Assembly: GCA_051362555.1 (NCBI GenBank)
Contig: CM120642.1
Location: forward strand, 5,642,001 to 5,706,000
Direction: 5' to 3'
From: Lingula anatina
Lineage: Eukaryota; Animalia; Brachiopoda
DNA length: 64,000 nt
Numbering within the stretch: position 1 is the first letter of the stretch; each line of letters starts with the position of its first letter. Under the pieces are notes generated by a model. It had not been told where the DNA came from, made no database searches, and saw only the letters and a program-made list of their open reading frames with translations. Shown here in pieces: positions 49,239 to 61,616 of the stretch. A program made the position numbers and the translations under genes.

Positions 49239-52200
49239 GTCTTACAGAATTGTAAATACCAGATAGCCAAGCAAAAGTATAAATTCAAATTGAAATTTCA
49301 GCAGTCATAAGAGTAAAACCAATCTGGGCAAAGCTAATACGGATGAACCGAAATGGGTTTGAAACATAAAATAATAAAAAGTATGAATGCAAAGAAATGA
49401 AGTAAACCAATGAAATGATGTGAAATCAATGAAAGGAAATCAAAGAACTCAAAATGAATGTAACAATAAAAGTTGAATAGAACTCAACTGGAAAATCAAA
49501 TACTAAAATAAGCAGATTTTTTTTTTAACTAAAGAAATCAATAGCTTGGGAAGAAATTGTAAAGAAAATTGGAACTAAATTTTGAGGAAATAAGAGAAAA
49601 TGTTTAGAGAAAAGCAAATCAAGATATTCTACAAGGTATAAAAATTAGGGTTAGCCGTTTAGTATATTGTAATGAAAAATAAATTTGAACCTAAACTGAT
49701 AAATTAAACCAAAGAGGTATACTCACAATAAACTCATTGAAATAATAAACAAATTGAAAATAATTTGGTATAATGGAACTAAATACTAATGGAACTAAAT
49801 TAACTGAATAATCACAAAATAATCAACTAAATAAAAAAAACATCTCAACTAAAGAATAATCCAATTAAATAATGATAAATAAAAGCAATGGGGTAATTAG
49901 TAAGCAACTAAAGTGTTTTAAATGTAAATTACCCTAGACAGTTTTTCTTTTAATTTAATGTTTATAATCTTATTTGAACAGAAACAACTTTCCTTTAATC
50001 AAATTGCAGCACAGACATTAAATAACACAAGTAATCTGGCCAATTAATCCACCAACAAATAGACTTAAATTTTAGAAATTTAAATGGAGGAATAAACACA
50101 CCTGACAATATCTGAATAAATGATGGTTATTTTCGACCAAAAAAATCTTTTAAACAAATCTGAGGTTTATTTGAATCAATGCCTGTGTATAGTACGAAAA
50201 AAAAATATATCAAACTATCAATGAAAATAAATGCGTTTAATGAAATGAATGTCTAAAACGTGTAGAGTCACACCCAGTTATGTCAAAATAACTTACAGTC
50301 TTCACAATAATGTGACGATCCTGAGACATTCGTGACGAACGAAATTCATAGTCTCCAAGCTATCAAACCATGTATTAATGTCACAGAAAATGTTCCTAGT
50401 AGAGTGGCTCACAACACAGTCTAAAAAGAATCGTCCTGAATGATCATCTAAGGTAAGTAACTCAGCATTCACAACCGAGGGGAAGTATGCAGGCACAGTC
50501 CTCCGTGAACGATGTCCTGAGACAATCCAGATGGGTCAGTTTATATGCACAGTCCAGGTACAGGTCATACAAACACAACGGTGTCGGTCAACATGGTCCG
50601 AAGACAGTTTACACGATCCACCACTTAGTGTTCACACTTCCACACATAGAGATGTCCGATGTCCACTACTCACACCGAGTCAGTGACGTTGATAATGAGA
50701 CCCCGATTCATCGGCCAAACCGCCTAGCCTTGTTATAACAGGTAGACGTACAGTGGACTAATCGTAGTCGTTTGCAGTCGATTGACAAATAAAATGACAT
50801 ACAATAAATAACTTATAATTCTATAGTTTACCTCTATGATAAGGAAATAATAAATTTGATATAGATAACTACGGTTTATAAAGGCTATAACGGCTTACCC
50901 TGATCTTATTCAAGGGCGTTTAGAAAGAGTGCTGGATATACCAATACGGCTTGGTCTGAAAACTAAAGAGTAGAAAACGATGTAATACAGTATTGTATAG
51001 TGGAGTTGGATACGCAAAAGGCAAGATAAAATATAACTAGAATTAACTAGATGACATCCAACTTACCACATAGAAACAGACAGACGAACAGCAACTTCAG
51101 CACTATTTGAAAATACGGCGCCAATGCCTTTTATAATGTGAAGTCACATGACAAAGACGCGGGAAGACAGAACAAAGGGACATAGACAAAGGAACAGACA
51201 AAGGAACAATTAGAGGGCGTCAGAATTACATCAAGTCACAAGACAAGACGAGTGACGAGTCCATAGTTACACAAACAAAACAAGAATACACACTAAAATC
51301 AATATAAATAATTAAATCACAATCTTGATAATATATTAGGGAAGCTGGTAACAATTGAATTATCTAAAATAGCACTTTTTACTCTAAAAGTGTATCAGTA
51401 TAAGTATAGATAAATGAAGCTCATCAGCAGCAGCTGAACTGTGGCAAACATGCATATCTTTAAATCAATTAAGATCCCATTTAAATGAAGCCCTGAAGAG
51501 TTTAGGAAATACATACAAGTCTACAAACTAGAGTGTTCACAACTACCATACACTAATTATTGTACTAGTACATTTTGTTTCATAAAATACACAATATTTA
51601 TAAATTAAAACAAAGGAGGAATTTTACAAATATAATGTTCTTTTTTCATGAAACAATTTTCCTTCAAAAACTTATAACCCATGTTTTTGCAGGTTTGTGC
51701 ATGGGAGATTTTTTAACAAAAATAAACTTTTCCTTATAACAAAAATTTGCAATTTGAAAACACACTTAAAATGTAATAGTGGCTTTTTATTATGTTAAGT
51801 GTTTATCTATTTAAAATGGTCAACCAATGAAGGTTGTAATATGTAATGTAAGAAATAAAACTCATTTTTGAGAAAAAATTCTCTCATTGATATCACACAT
51901 TTGTCTCCTGACAAATGAGTAAACATGTGAAAAGTTAAAATTTGTTATTCATATTTTTGAAAAATATGCTTGTGATTAGTTTTCAATTTTGCATCTTTCA
52001 CAACTATAAAAGTTACAAGTGTGAAAATAGCTTCATTGGATAATTTACAAGCATGCGTACCCCTACACTCACCCCATGCACACACATGCTGGGCTGATAA
52101 CAATGCTCTTCGCTGACATGCCAGTACCTTAAATCGACTTTCCCATAGTGAATGTCCTATCTAAGCTTTTTGTTGGGCATGATATATTATTCAATTTATG

Positions 52201-52268
52201 ATAAAATGAAAAATATGTTCAAGAGATATTCCAACAGACTGTTATGAAAAGTTACACTATATTTGGCA

Positions 52269-52348
<80 letters not shown>

Positions 52349-52886
52349 TCAGCTGTGTAATACCGATACCTTATTATGATAGCTTAATATAAGCCTTTGT
52401 ACTGTCAATGATCAAGGTCACGGAAAGTATAAAAAGGTAGATAAACCTATTATTTATTGGACATTCCTGTACAAGTTTAACTCCTTTTCATGGATAATAT
52501 TACATTTTTTGTATTTTTTTTAATCTTACTTAAATCAAAATGTAAGGAAAGAGCATGAAAAGGGATTTGCAGAATATCTAAAAAATGACTTTCATATCCT
52601 CAAAAGTGAATTATCTCCCTCTCATAATATATCTATCTATGCAGAATCAAATATATTACATGTCATTTAACAAGCCATTCCATCTAATAAAAACCAAAAC
52701 ACAAAAAAATATCAGAAGAGGGCAAATTCTCAATATCTTACTGTGACATTCATACAAGACATGAGGCAATACATCCCCCATATTCACATACTGTGAGCAC
52801 CACAACCACACACACTGTCATTTCATGAAGTAAATTTAATCTAGTTAACTTCAAAACAACAAGAAATGCATAAAAAGGCAAAAATT

Positions 52887-53749
52887 GTAGTCCATTTCAA
52901 CTCTAAGTTTTCCAAAGACAATATTGCACTTGATAGTATTAGAGTTTGGGATTCTTTTATAAAACCAACAACAGAAGTAAGGAACTTACATTTAATAACA
53001 AATGTGAAATGACATCACACATTAACAAAGTATGTAAAACAGCATATTTTAGTCTCCAACGGATATCCAAGATCTTTCACCTTATTAACACCAAGCAAAC
53101 TGAATTACTCATCCATGCATTTGTAACGTCTAGACTGGATTATTGCAATAGCGTATTGTTTGGAATACCTAACTATCAAATGGAAAAGCTACAATCAATT
53201 CAGAACTCTGCTGCTCGTCTCCTCTGTAAAGCTCAGAAGTCCGACCACATCACACCAATTCTGCGAAACCGCCACTGGCTACCCGTGTCTCAACGAATAG
53301 TTTTTAAAATATTACTTTTGACTTTTAAGATTTTAAAGGGCGACTGTCCATTTAACTTAAACTCTACCATAGAACTTTTAACTCCTATCAGATCACTTCG
53401 ATCTAGTGGACAACTTCAACTTAAGGGAAAAGACACCAAAATGACTCTTAAAACATATGGACACAGAAGTTTCGAGATTTGTGCACCGATTTTATGGTCC
53501 AATTTTATCACAAGATCTAATGTGTCTCTGGATGAATCATATAACTGTTTTAAGAAGAATTAAAAAACTTTTTTATTTAAGGAATACTTTAATTTATAGC
53601 ATCTTTTTAGTTTTTACATTTTTTAAGTATTCTGTTTTTAGTCTATACTGGCTTTAATTTATCTGTGGAGTTTTTATTTTTTATGTAAACAGCGCTGAGA
53701 CGCATGTGTAGCGCGGTTTTAAAGAAGTGTTTTATTATTATTATTATTA
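52887..53749 (+). mobile_element. 5'-truncated L2/CR1-group LINE fragment (copy 2)
   Basis: Near-identical to ~36947-37815, with a (TTA)n tail and AAAATT on both sides. Absent from the paralogous site at ~4770. Confidence 0.88.
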
Positions 53750-54286
53750 AAAATTCATGATTAAACTTCGACATTCATTCAAGATGTAACACGAGACTGC
53801 TGCTGTAGTTACTTGAATATTGCAAAATATACTGCCTGTCGTACATGTAGAAAATCGATAAGTTGCAGGTTAGGTTCCTTCCTAAATTTTTTACATATTC
53901 AAAAACAAATGTCACACTATAAAAAAAAACTGAACAGACAAAGAAAAATCACCTTCATCTGCATTTGGCACAATTCAATAGAACGTGTTTTGTGTGCCGC
54001 CATTTTGTAACACGACATTAACTTGACAGAATATTCAGTGAAACCGATACTTGAACACTACTTTGGTACATAAAATATAGCTTGAGAATATACTTTATCG
54101 TTCTGTCAAGTGCATTATTAAAATTATCAACATGTCAGCGTATAAACGTCTGTTCATCTTACCTGTCTCTATGCCTGCTTCTCCCGCCAGATTGGTTCGA
54201 GCCGCCACTCCAAGTTTTGAAAACGAGGCCAAATCTAATGTTCTCCAAAATAACCGTCATATGAGCCGGTGGCTCCCGGGCTGTCT

Positions 54287-54954
54287 GCAGCACCGATGTC
54301 GTTTTTTCATGTATTATTTTGAATTTCCATAACAACTCTCATTATGACAGTGACACACTGTATACTATCGATATACACTTGGAAAACTGAACATTCAATT
54401 TGTTCAACCGAAATGCAAGATTTACCAAGAAAAACGCTCTCGAGTCATATGCTCAATGCAACGTGACAGTCCCAGTTTTGACTGATGTAAATACTTCGCA
54501 CTAAAATAGAGATTTTACAAAGAGCAAATAATAATTTGAAAAATAATAATAATTAAAAAAGAGGAAAGGTCTCACAAAAAATTATTCTTCATAGCGTAAT
54601 TTGAGCATATATAGTTTCATAAATCATTATAATGTCAAAAAATTAGGTTTGTCCATTTTTTCTGCAATCATTTCATTTTTGGGTACAAAATTCCAAGGTC
54701 AGCTTGGGAAAAACTTGTGTGCTATTTTTATACAGCTGATACAACACTTTCGTCCGTTTTACATTGTGAGTTTACATCAAGTTCTAAATTTTATTCTTTG
54801 AAAGTTTCAATCAAAATAATAGGCTATTTACAGTTTCATGGATTTTCATAACAGCTATGGATTTTTGCAAAATATGGCGCGAAGCACACGTCGCGGACTA
54901 TTTTGTGCAAGCGCGCAGGATTACGCATTGATATGCCAGATCTCCGGACAGACT
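54287..54954 (+). repeat. Inner part of the left arm of the inverted repeat around the Cys-rich gene
   Basis: Diverged reverse complement of 56922-57587. Confidence 0.85.
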
Positions 54955-55694
54955 AATTTTTTTCCTAGTGCCCGTGCATATGGACTTCCTTTTTTATGTA
55001 TACTTGTACCATTTTTTTAAAAATAAATCTATTTCCTGTTGTTTTTTGTCCTCTTTTTTTTTCATGAATATAAAAGAGGTAGACTCACTGTTCATATCAG
55101 CCAAAAATCGATTCTCCTGGAGTAAATGACAATTCCCCCCTTCTTACCAATAGTTACTGGGGTACTGAATCAGTTCTGATATTCAAAATTATTCTCTACT
55201 GTAATTTTTTTTAATTTGTTTTAATATTTTAAAAGATTATTACAGAGTAAAGCCATCATGTGATTGGATGGCAAGAACAGATTCCAAATTACTGTTGCCA
55301 AGGTCAAATTTTACCGCTCAGTGAGACTTTGACGAACGCAATATACAGTATTTAGAGTATTTAGCCATTCTTCGACCAAGTTTAAATTTTCACAAAATTT
55401 GAGCCCGACATAACGTCCTGGCGCGAGAAAACGGCTATATATCACTCCGCTTCGACAGTATGTGTCCTACTGTTATACATATTGACGTGTATCTTCTGAA
55501 GTTTGTAACTGAAAAAAAAAATCAGTGGAGCAAGGTCACTGTTCTGTACGTAACTCAGAATAATAGTATGCCCATCCTCCATGCTGCTCTAACGGCATAT
55601 TTGCTTTCTAAATAAATTATTATTTGCTTGAATTTTTGTTAAAATTCCTTTTTATGCATATATTATTTATATTTATCCACAGACAGAACCAAAA

Positions 55695-55733
<39 letters not shown>

Positions 55734-56255
55734 AAACAGTTCAGGTAACGTTATAAATTATAAAAGGTGAATGCGATTCATGCTCGCAATGCAGATTGAC
55801 TTTTTCGTGTTGTGCTCCAAGCCGATAGGAACTTGTCCATTCAGGTTTTTGCTGTTTGAAAATGCTTCTTCACTCCCTATGGACTCCCGTTAGAATTTTC
55901 ACCTGAAAGACAATTTTTTTACAATGTAAGACAAAATTCATGTTTCACGTTCAATTTTTGAACATCTAAACTTCTTATCTCTATTACGAAGATTTTGCAG
56001 GATCTATTCCGAGTCATCGTTAAAATGTTTTAGCTTATTAAAAACATGTTTGGTTTATTACTTTTTTCTGCACGCGTGTAGATGAAAAGATTTTTGGATC
56101 AATACAAATCAGATTAAATCGAACTTATTTTTTTTTAATTCAATTCCAAATCCTTTTCTAATTTCGTTTTTAATCTTGTTAAGAACTTAAAGGGGAAGTG
56201 ACAGTTTAAATTTCAATACGAACGACTGATGCACTTGACGATATTTACCTTAGAT

Positions 56256-56777
56256 TTATCCATATCTGTCGTAGGCGGGTTTGGTTTCCTTTCCGCATGA
56301 TCCTACGCAGGGACACTGCTTGTACCTGCCCCATTGGCATCTGACGGGACCAGGAAAGGATTTGCTGGTTTTTATGCACTCTCCTATGCAAAGCTTTGTT
56401 CCCTTCACTCCACAGGGAGCGCGAGCCCAACCTCGATATCGGCAATGAACGCCCACCATCCTAAAATTCCCCCAAACGCCTGTGTAAGGGCCTCTACCTG
56501 TGCAGTTCAACGGATCGTAACGACACCTTTTCGGGTGTCTCATAACACTGCCCCAGCAATCCCCTTTGATGACGCCTGAAAATGGTGGGGTTTTAACGCA
56601 TCCGGAACCGTCGTTGTTGCACCGCATGCAAGTTGCAACTTGCCATCTACGTGCCAACCTTTCAGAGCATTTCCTCGCACACGGGCTCCATGCGGTCCAA
56701 GGAGATCTTTTGTAAATGTATGCATCTGATGCAGTTAATGCAACTGCCAAACAGATAAATAAGGCGCACCACTGCAT
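56256..56777 (-). CDS. Secreted cationic cysteine-rich protein (173 aa) with an N-terminal TSP1-like WxxWxxC motif
   Basis: AAAATG start, hydrophobic signal peptide MQWCALFICLAVALTASDA, WTAWSPCARKC motif and 16 Cys in the mature region. Conserved paralogue at 1-324. Confidence 0.88.
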   Translation of the reverse strand: MQWCALFICLAVALTASDAYIYKRSPWTAWSPCARKCSERLARRWQVATCMRCNNDGSGCVKTPPFSGVIKGDCWGSVMRHPKRCRYDPLNCTGRGPYTGVWGNFRMVGVHCRYRGWARAPCGVKGTKLCIGECIKTSKSFPGPVRCQWGRYKQCPCVGSCGKETKPAYDRYG

Positions 56778-56826
56778 TTTTGCAGATTTTTTTCTGTCTT
56801 TGTAGTTGGTTGTTTGAAACGCTATG

Positions 56827-56856
56827 GTGACGTCACTGGATCGGCAACGACGTCAC
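56827..56856. promoter_or_regulatory. CRE/ATF palindrome GTGACGTCAC plus a second near-CRE upstream of the Cys-rich gene
   Basis: TGACGTCA at 56828-56835 and GACGTCAC at ~56849, 50-80 bp upstream of the ATG. Function untested. Confidence 0.35.
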
Positions 56857-56921
56857 TTTTCTGGCAAAATGATAACGTCGCGCTCGAGAGAACGTTACAG
56901 AATAGAACACTTGCATGCTCC

Positions 56922-57792
56922 AGTCTGTCCGCAGATCTTGCATATCAATGCGTAAGCGGTGATCAATACAAAAACACCTACGCGCTTGCACAAAATAGTC
57001 CGCGACGTGTGTTTCGCGCCATGTTTTCAAAAATCCGTAGTTGTTATGTAAATCCACGAAGCTCTGTAAACAACTCATTATTTCGCTTGAAACTTTCAAG
57101 GAATAAAATTTAGAACTTGATGTAAGCGCACAATATAAAATGAACATTTTAATTTCGACGAAAACCTTGTATCAGATGTCTAAATATAGCACACGCATTT
57201 TTCTCAAGCAGATCGTGTACTTTTGTACCCTAAAATGAAATGATTGTAGAAAAAATGGACAAACTTACTTTATTGATATTATAACGATTTATGCAACTAT
57301 ATATGCTGGAATTGAGCCAATTAGAATAAAAAATTGGTACAGCCGTCCTTTTTTGTGAAATCCCTATTTTAGTGCGAAGTATGTAGACTAGGTCAGTCGA
57401 AACTGGGACTGTCACGTTGCACTGAGCAAGTGACTCGAAAGCGATTTTCTCGGCAAATCTTGCATTTCAGTTGAAAAAAAATTGAATGTTCAGCTTTTCA
57501 AGTGTATATTTATAGTATACAGTGTGTCACTGTCATAGTGAGAGTTGTTATGGAAAATAATACGTGAAAAAACGCCATCGGTGCTGCAGATCGACCATAT
57601 CGCTGCCATAACATGGTTTTAGAATGGAAAAAATCTGCCGTTTGCCTTTCAAGTTACATAGTTTTGGGTTTGCAGACTAAAAGGTGAGTCTTTTTTTGCA
57701 TTCACTAAGTTTCAAATAAGCGCCGAAATGTATAGAAATGATTTTGGAGTAACCTCCCTTCGCATAGTTCAGATGCACTTGTTGACGTTCAG
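56922..57792 (-). repeat. Right arm of the ~870-bp inverted repeat
   Basis: Reverse complement of 41546-41750 joined to 54287-54954. Confidence 0.88.
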
Positions 57793-59116
57793 TACCAGTG
57801 AAATGTTATATTTTGTTGCAAAGTTATAGTTGTACTTTGTTTACATACAATGTGTAGGCCTACTAGTATACCTTTATCCGTTCTATTTCCTTTATGGAGT
57901 TGGAATCTAGACCTAATTACGAAATAGGGTGTGTGTGTCTATACACACCTGTTAACTAGCACATTGCGCAATCAGCATTACAGGTGTACTAATTTAAAGG
58001 TCTTTCCTGGGCAGGTTTCAAAGTTGTTTTACATTATAAGTTTTAATATAGTGATTTTTAAACAAATTTTCTCAATTTATCTGAAATTGTTGGTAGTAAA
58101 AAGAGTCTTCAAATTTAACAAGTTAAAAAAAATCGTTTGTCAAGGCAGAGACACACATTTATGACCTATGCATTGTGCTTTTTCAGTTTTAGTGAAGGTT
58201 GACAGCATACCTACCCCTGCCTTAGCTATCGCATGAGAATGGACTTGATGGCATGGAATGATGAAAAGATACCAGTTAGACAAAGCAGAAAGTAATTAAG
58301 TGTTTATATATAAAAAAGCAAATACTTCATTATTTTTTAACTAGCCTATTGCTAGTAGGACCAAGGAATTATTAATACTATATAGTATAGTAAGAAATTA
58401 CTTTGATAAACAACTGGTGTGAGACTGACAATGAGGTGAGTTTTTTTTAATCTATGGATTTTTCATTAAATTTCAGTTTTTATCTGCTTTGTATAAATTT
58501 CTTGTTTATACATACATGTATGATTTTATCATTATATTATATTATATTTATTTTTAACAGATTCCCAAATTTCATATCAGCTGACAATAAGAGAAGAGGT
58601 GTTCTAGTCAAGACATGGGAAAATGTAGTTCCATACGATTTTGTGTGATGGTGCTGTGCTGTTGATGCAGGTGTGACTGAACAAGAGATGGTGTTTTGTA
58701 GAGTCTTGGATATTGTTTACCCTAGAAACATTTCCAGGCGACAAGAGGATTAGGCTAGTGACTATATTCCGTCAAATTCGTTTAGCGACCCTATCATTAT
58801 CACACTCCCTCTATTGTATTTTCTGACTTTATAATTGTATCTAATCTTCTTACGTTAGATGGAATAAATGCACACATACATAATCTTATGACTGTACTTT
58901 ATTTATTGAAATAACCACATTTAGATAAGATAAGAGTTTATTTAGCCAATTATAAAAATCGGAAATCATTTTCCTTTCTTTCGGAGCAATATACAGAGTA
59001 AAATAATAGAATAATACAATAAATAAATAAACTTAGAATTTGGTTTTGAGATCAAATTAAAATGCGTCACTGCACTTGGATAAAAGCTGTTTAAAAAGCG
59101 TTACTGCCTTTAAACG

Positions 59117-60552
59117 TGCACTAATGTAACTTATACACGTACACAGAGACTGTTTTCGGCACGCTCGGCTGTCACGTTTAACGTTTATTTAATCTAAAGG
59201 CAACCTAGCTATAACAATTATTATTATATTTAGTAAACTGATGAGCGTTTTTCCCTTTTTTTTCCATTTTGAAAGGCCAGTAGGGCCTATACAAAAGTGA
59301 AAATCGTTTTACGTTGTTTTCAGAATGTCCACAGCCCCGCGCCCGTGACCTCTTTCAGGGCCGTATACGTTTAAGCACCATCTAATGTTTAATTTCTAAC
59401 TATTAGTTGAAAGTGAAAATCGTTTTACGTTGTTTTCAAAACGTCCACAGCCCCGCGCCCGTGACCTCTTTCAGGGCCGTATACGTTTAAGCACCATCTT
59501 ATGTTAAATTTCTAACTATTAGTTGATTTTACAACTATTTCCTATGGGAGGACGCTTGTGGGCGGTATTTATTGCTTGTAGACTGTTGTGTGGACGGTAA
59601 TTAGTGCTTGTGTTCGGTAGTGTTCGGTTGTTCTCTGTTTTCCTCGGTTGTCGACGGTAATTAGGTACGGGGTGATGGATACACTTGCACTTGCTTTTAA
59701 TATTCTGCACACTTAGGTTGCAAACATTATAACCGGCGTATCCCTGATTGACTTTAACTGTCCGTAGATGATCAAATGCGACTAGAAATAAGTTTACGCG
59801 AGGCATGCGACGAGCCTACCTCAAAGGTAATCATAATTCTAATTGCACTTACAAAAAGTTTATCGGGGGAATGCAACTGGACGGCCCCTGATTGTCAACA
59901 ACTTACCGGACCTGGGATGATCAAAAGTAATTAGGCTTTAAATCCTTCGTCAGGGCAAGACACTTACTTTTATGAACATCTTACAAAATTTCAGGTTATA
60001 TTTTGGCTAATAAACAACAAGATCTTTAGTCCCGTCCCAAAGTTTTCACATGTTAGAAAATGATCGCGGTTTTGACAGAAAAGTAACACCGACTAATGCT
60101 ATTGCTATGCACATTTGTCGGACCTGAATTGTCAATAAACATTTGTTTTATTTCTCATCTGATATTGCTTGAAATAACCGCATTCAGTGCACTAATGTAG
60201 CTTTTACGCGTACAGAGCCCGTTCACTGCACGCTCGGCTGTCACCTTGAACGCTTGTTGAATCTAAAGGCAACCTAGCCATAACGATATGTATAACTGTA
60301 TAGGGCCTACTTATGAACGTTTTTCCCCTTTTTGCATTTTGGAAGCCTAGAATACAACAGTTAACATCGTTTAACGTAGTTGTCAATGCAACAAATGTGA
60401 CAATTGAGTGTGGTTCTCCGTTTGAAAACGTCTGCAGACCCGCGTCCATGACCGCGTACATGACGTTTTTTTTTTTTCAATAAAGCACCATCTTGTGTTA
60501 AATTTCTTACTATTAGTTGCTTTTACAACTATTTCATATGGGAGGACGCTTG
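59117..60552 (+). repeat. Diverged direct duplication (59117-59560 / 60188-60552) with an internal ~117-bp tandem dimer (59293-59526)
   Basis: Shared TGCACTAATGTA..CACGCTCGGCTGTCAC..AATCTAAAGGCAACCTAGC..TTTACAACTATTTC.TATGGGAGGACGCTTGTG. Confidence 0.75.
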
Positions 60553-61323
60553 TGTTCGTCGTTGCTTCTTTAGCTCGACTATCCAAAGACACGCGGTCTC
60601 ACACATGAATCCAGGGGCGGTATTCTCGAACGTTTTCGACGTCGAAAATTTTTCGTCTTCGATTCGTTAAAAAATTCGTGAACGATTCGTGGTATTCTGG
60701 AAGCTATCGAAACGAATACGATTCGAAAACGAATCGAATCCTTGTCGAAATCGTGACCTAATTCCAGACTCGGAACTCTCCTCTCTCATGAGGCGAGAAA
60801 ATACATCAAAATAAAGGATTGGAGCCAGCAGTTTCCTCATAAAACTCTTAATTATCACAATTCATTACAGGAAATAAAGTCTTGTGTGCTTTAACAATAT
60901 ATTTTATTGTTTCTTAAAGATAATTCAAGCAAAAGATTTATTATTTAATATCCGACTACTACGTCTTTCCGCGTTTTGCTCCGGCTTTTTCTCCCTTTTT
61001 AAGTAGGTCAAACTAGGAATTCCCGGCGCGAGTTTCTCCGCGGGAATCACCCTGGAAAAGTGCTTCGACATGGGCGGAATCCCCCCCAATTTTCTCGTTA
61101 TTGAAACGGTGACATTAAAAAGAAATCATACAGATATTTCACAATATACTTCAACTATTAAAATAAATGAACTTTTGTTGTTGTCATTTTGTTTTTTCGT
61201 TTATTCTTTCAAAAAACACACCGTCTCTGAGTGTCAAAAAATGAAGGTAAATCTAACCCAATCAGATGCCGAGGGGACAGTATAAAAGCCTTGGCGCAGT
61301 TTTTCCCGGCGCCAGAAGTGAAG

Positions 61324-61566
61324 ATGGAGCAGTGTAAAAAACGAGTGAAGTTTACGAGCGAAGAAGTTGAAGTTTTAGTTGATGAAGTAGAAAAGAGGAA
61401 AAGTGTTTTATTTAGTAAATTTTCTACAACAGTAACCAATGAGGCTAAGATGAAAGCTTGGGGAGAAATCACTAGAAGGTTTGTGTCCATTTTTTTTAAA
61501 TTAAAAGCACTAAAATAGGTGACTTGAATATTGATATATATATATTTATTTTTTAATTCTATGCTT

Positions 61567-61616
<50 letters not shown>

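Larger units (their letters stand above)
43153..51271 (-). mobile_element. Ty3/Gypsy LTR retrotransposon
   Basis: TGTAAC...GTTACA termini and CAAA TSD (43149-43152, 51272-51275). 3' LTR 43153-43723, PPT at 43724-43734, 5' LTR 50787-51271 (shortened). Inserted next to a (CA)n tract that is empty at ~5830. Confidence 0.95.
41751..54283. mobile_element. Non-autonomous TIR DNA transposon (Academ-like termini), 12.5 kb including nested Gypsy and L2
   Basis: Perfect 18-bp TIR CAGCCCGGGAGCCACCGG. TCT TSD (41748-41750, 54284-54286) confirmed by the empty site at 57588-57590. Superfamily assignment is inferred only. Confidence 0.85.

Noticed and set aside
43974-49310. Plus-strand ORFs overlapping gag/pol (and those opposite the LINE and Harbinger ORFs)
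   Set aside because: Antisense shadows of real coding frames.
49239-50786. Possible extra or env-like ORF in the long Gypsy leader
   Set aside because: Only short ORFs (<90 aa) without motifs. It is best read as an AT-rich 5' UTR.
56256-56777. Naming the protein as a thrombospondin, spondin or known antimicrobial peptide
   Set aside because: Only the WxxWxxC..C motif matches TSP1. The remaining Cys pattern is not one I can assign, so no gene symbol is given.
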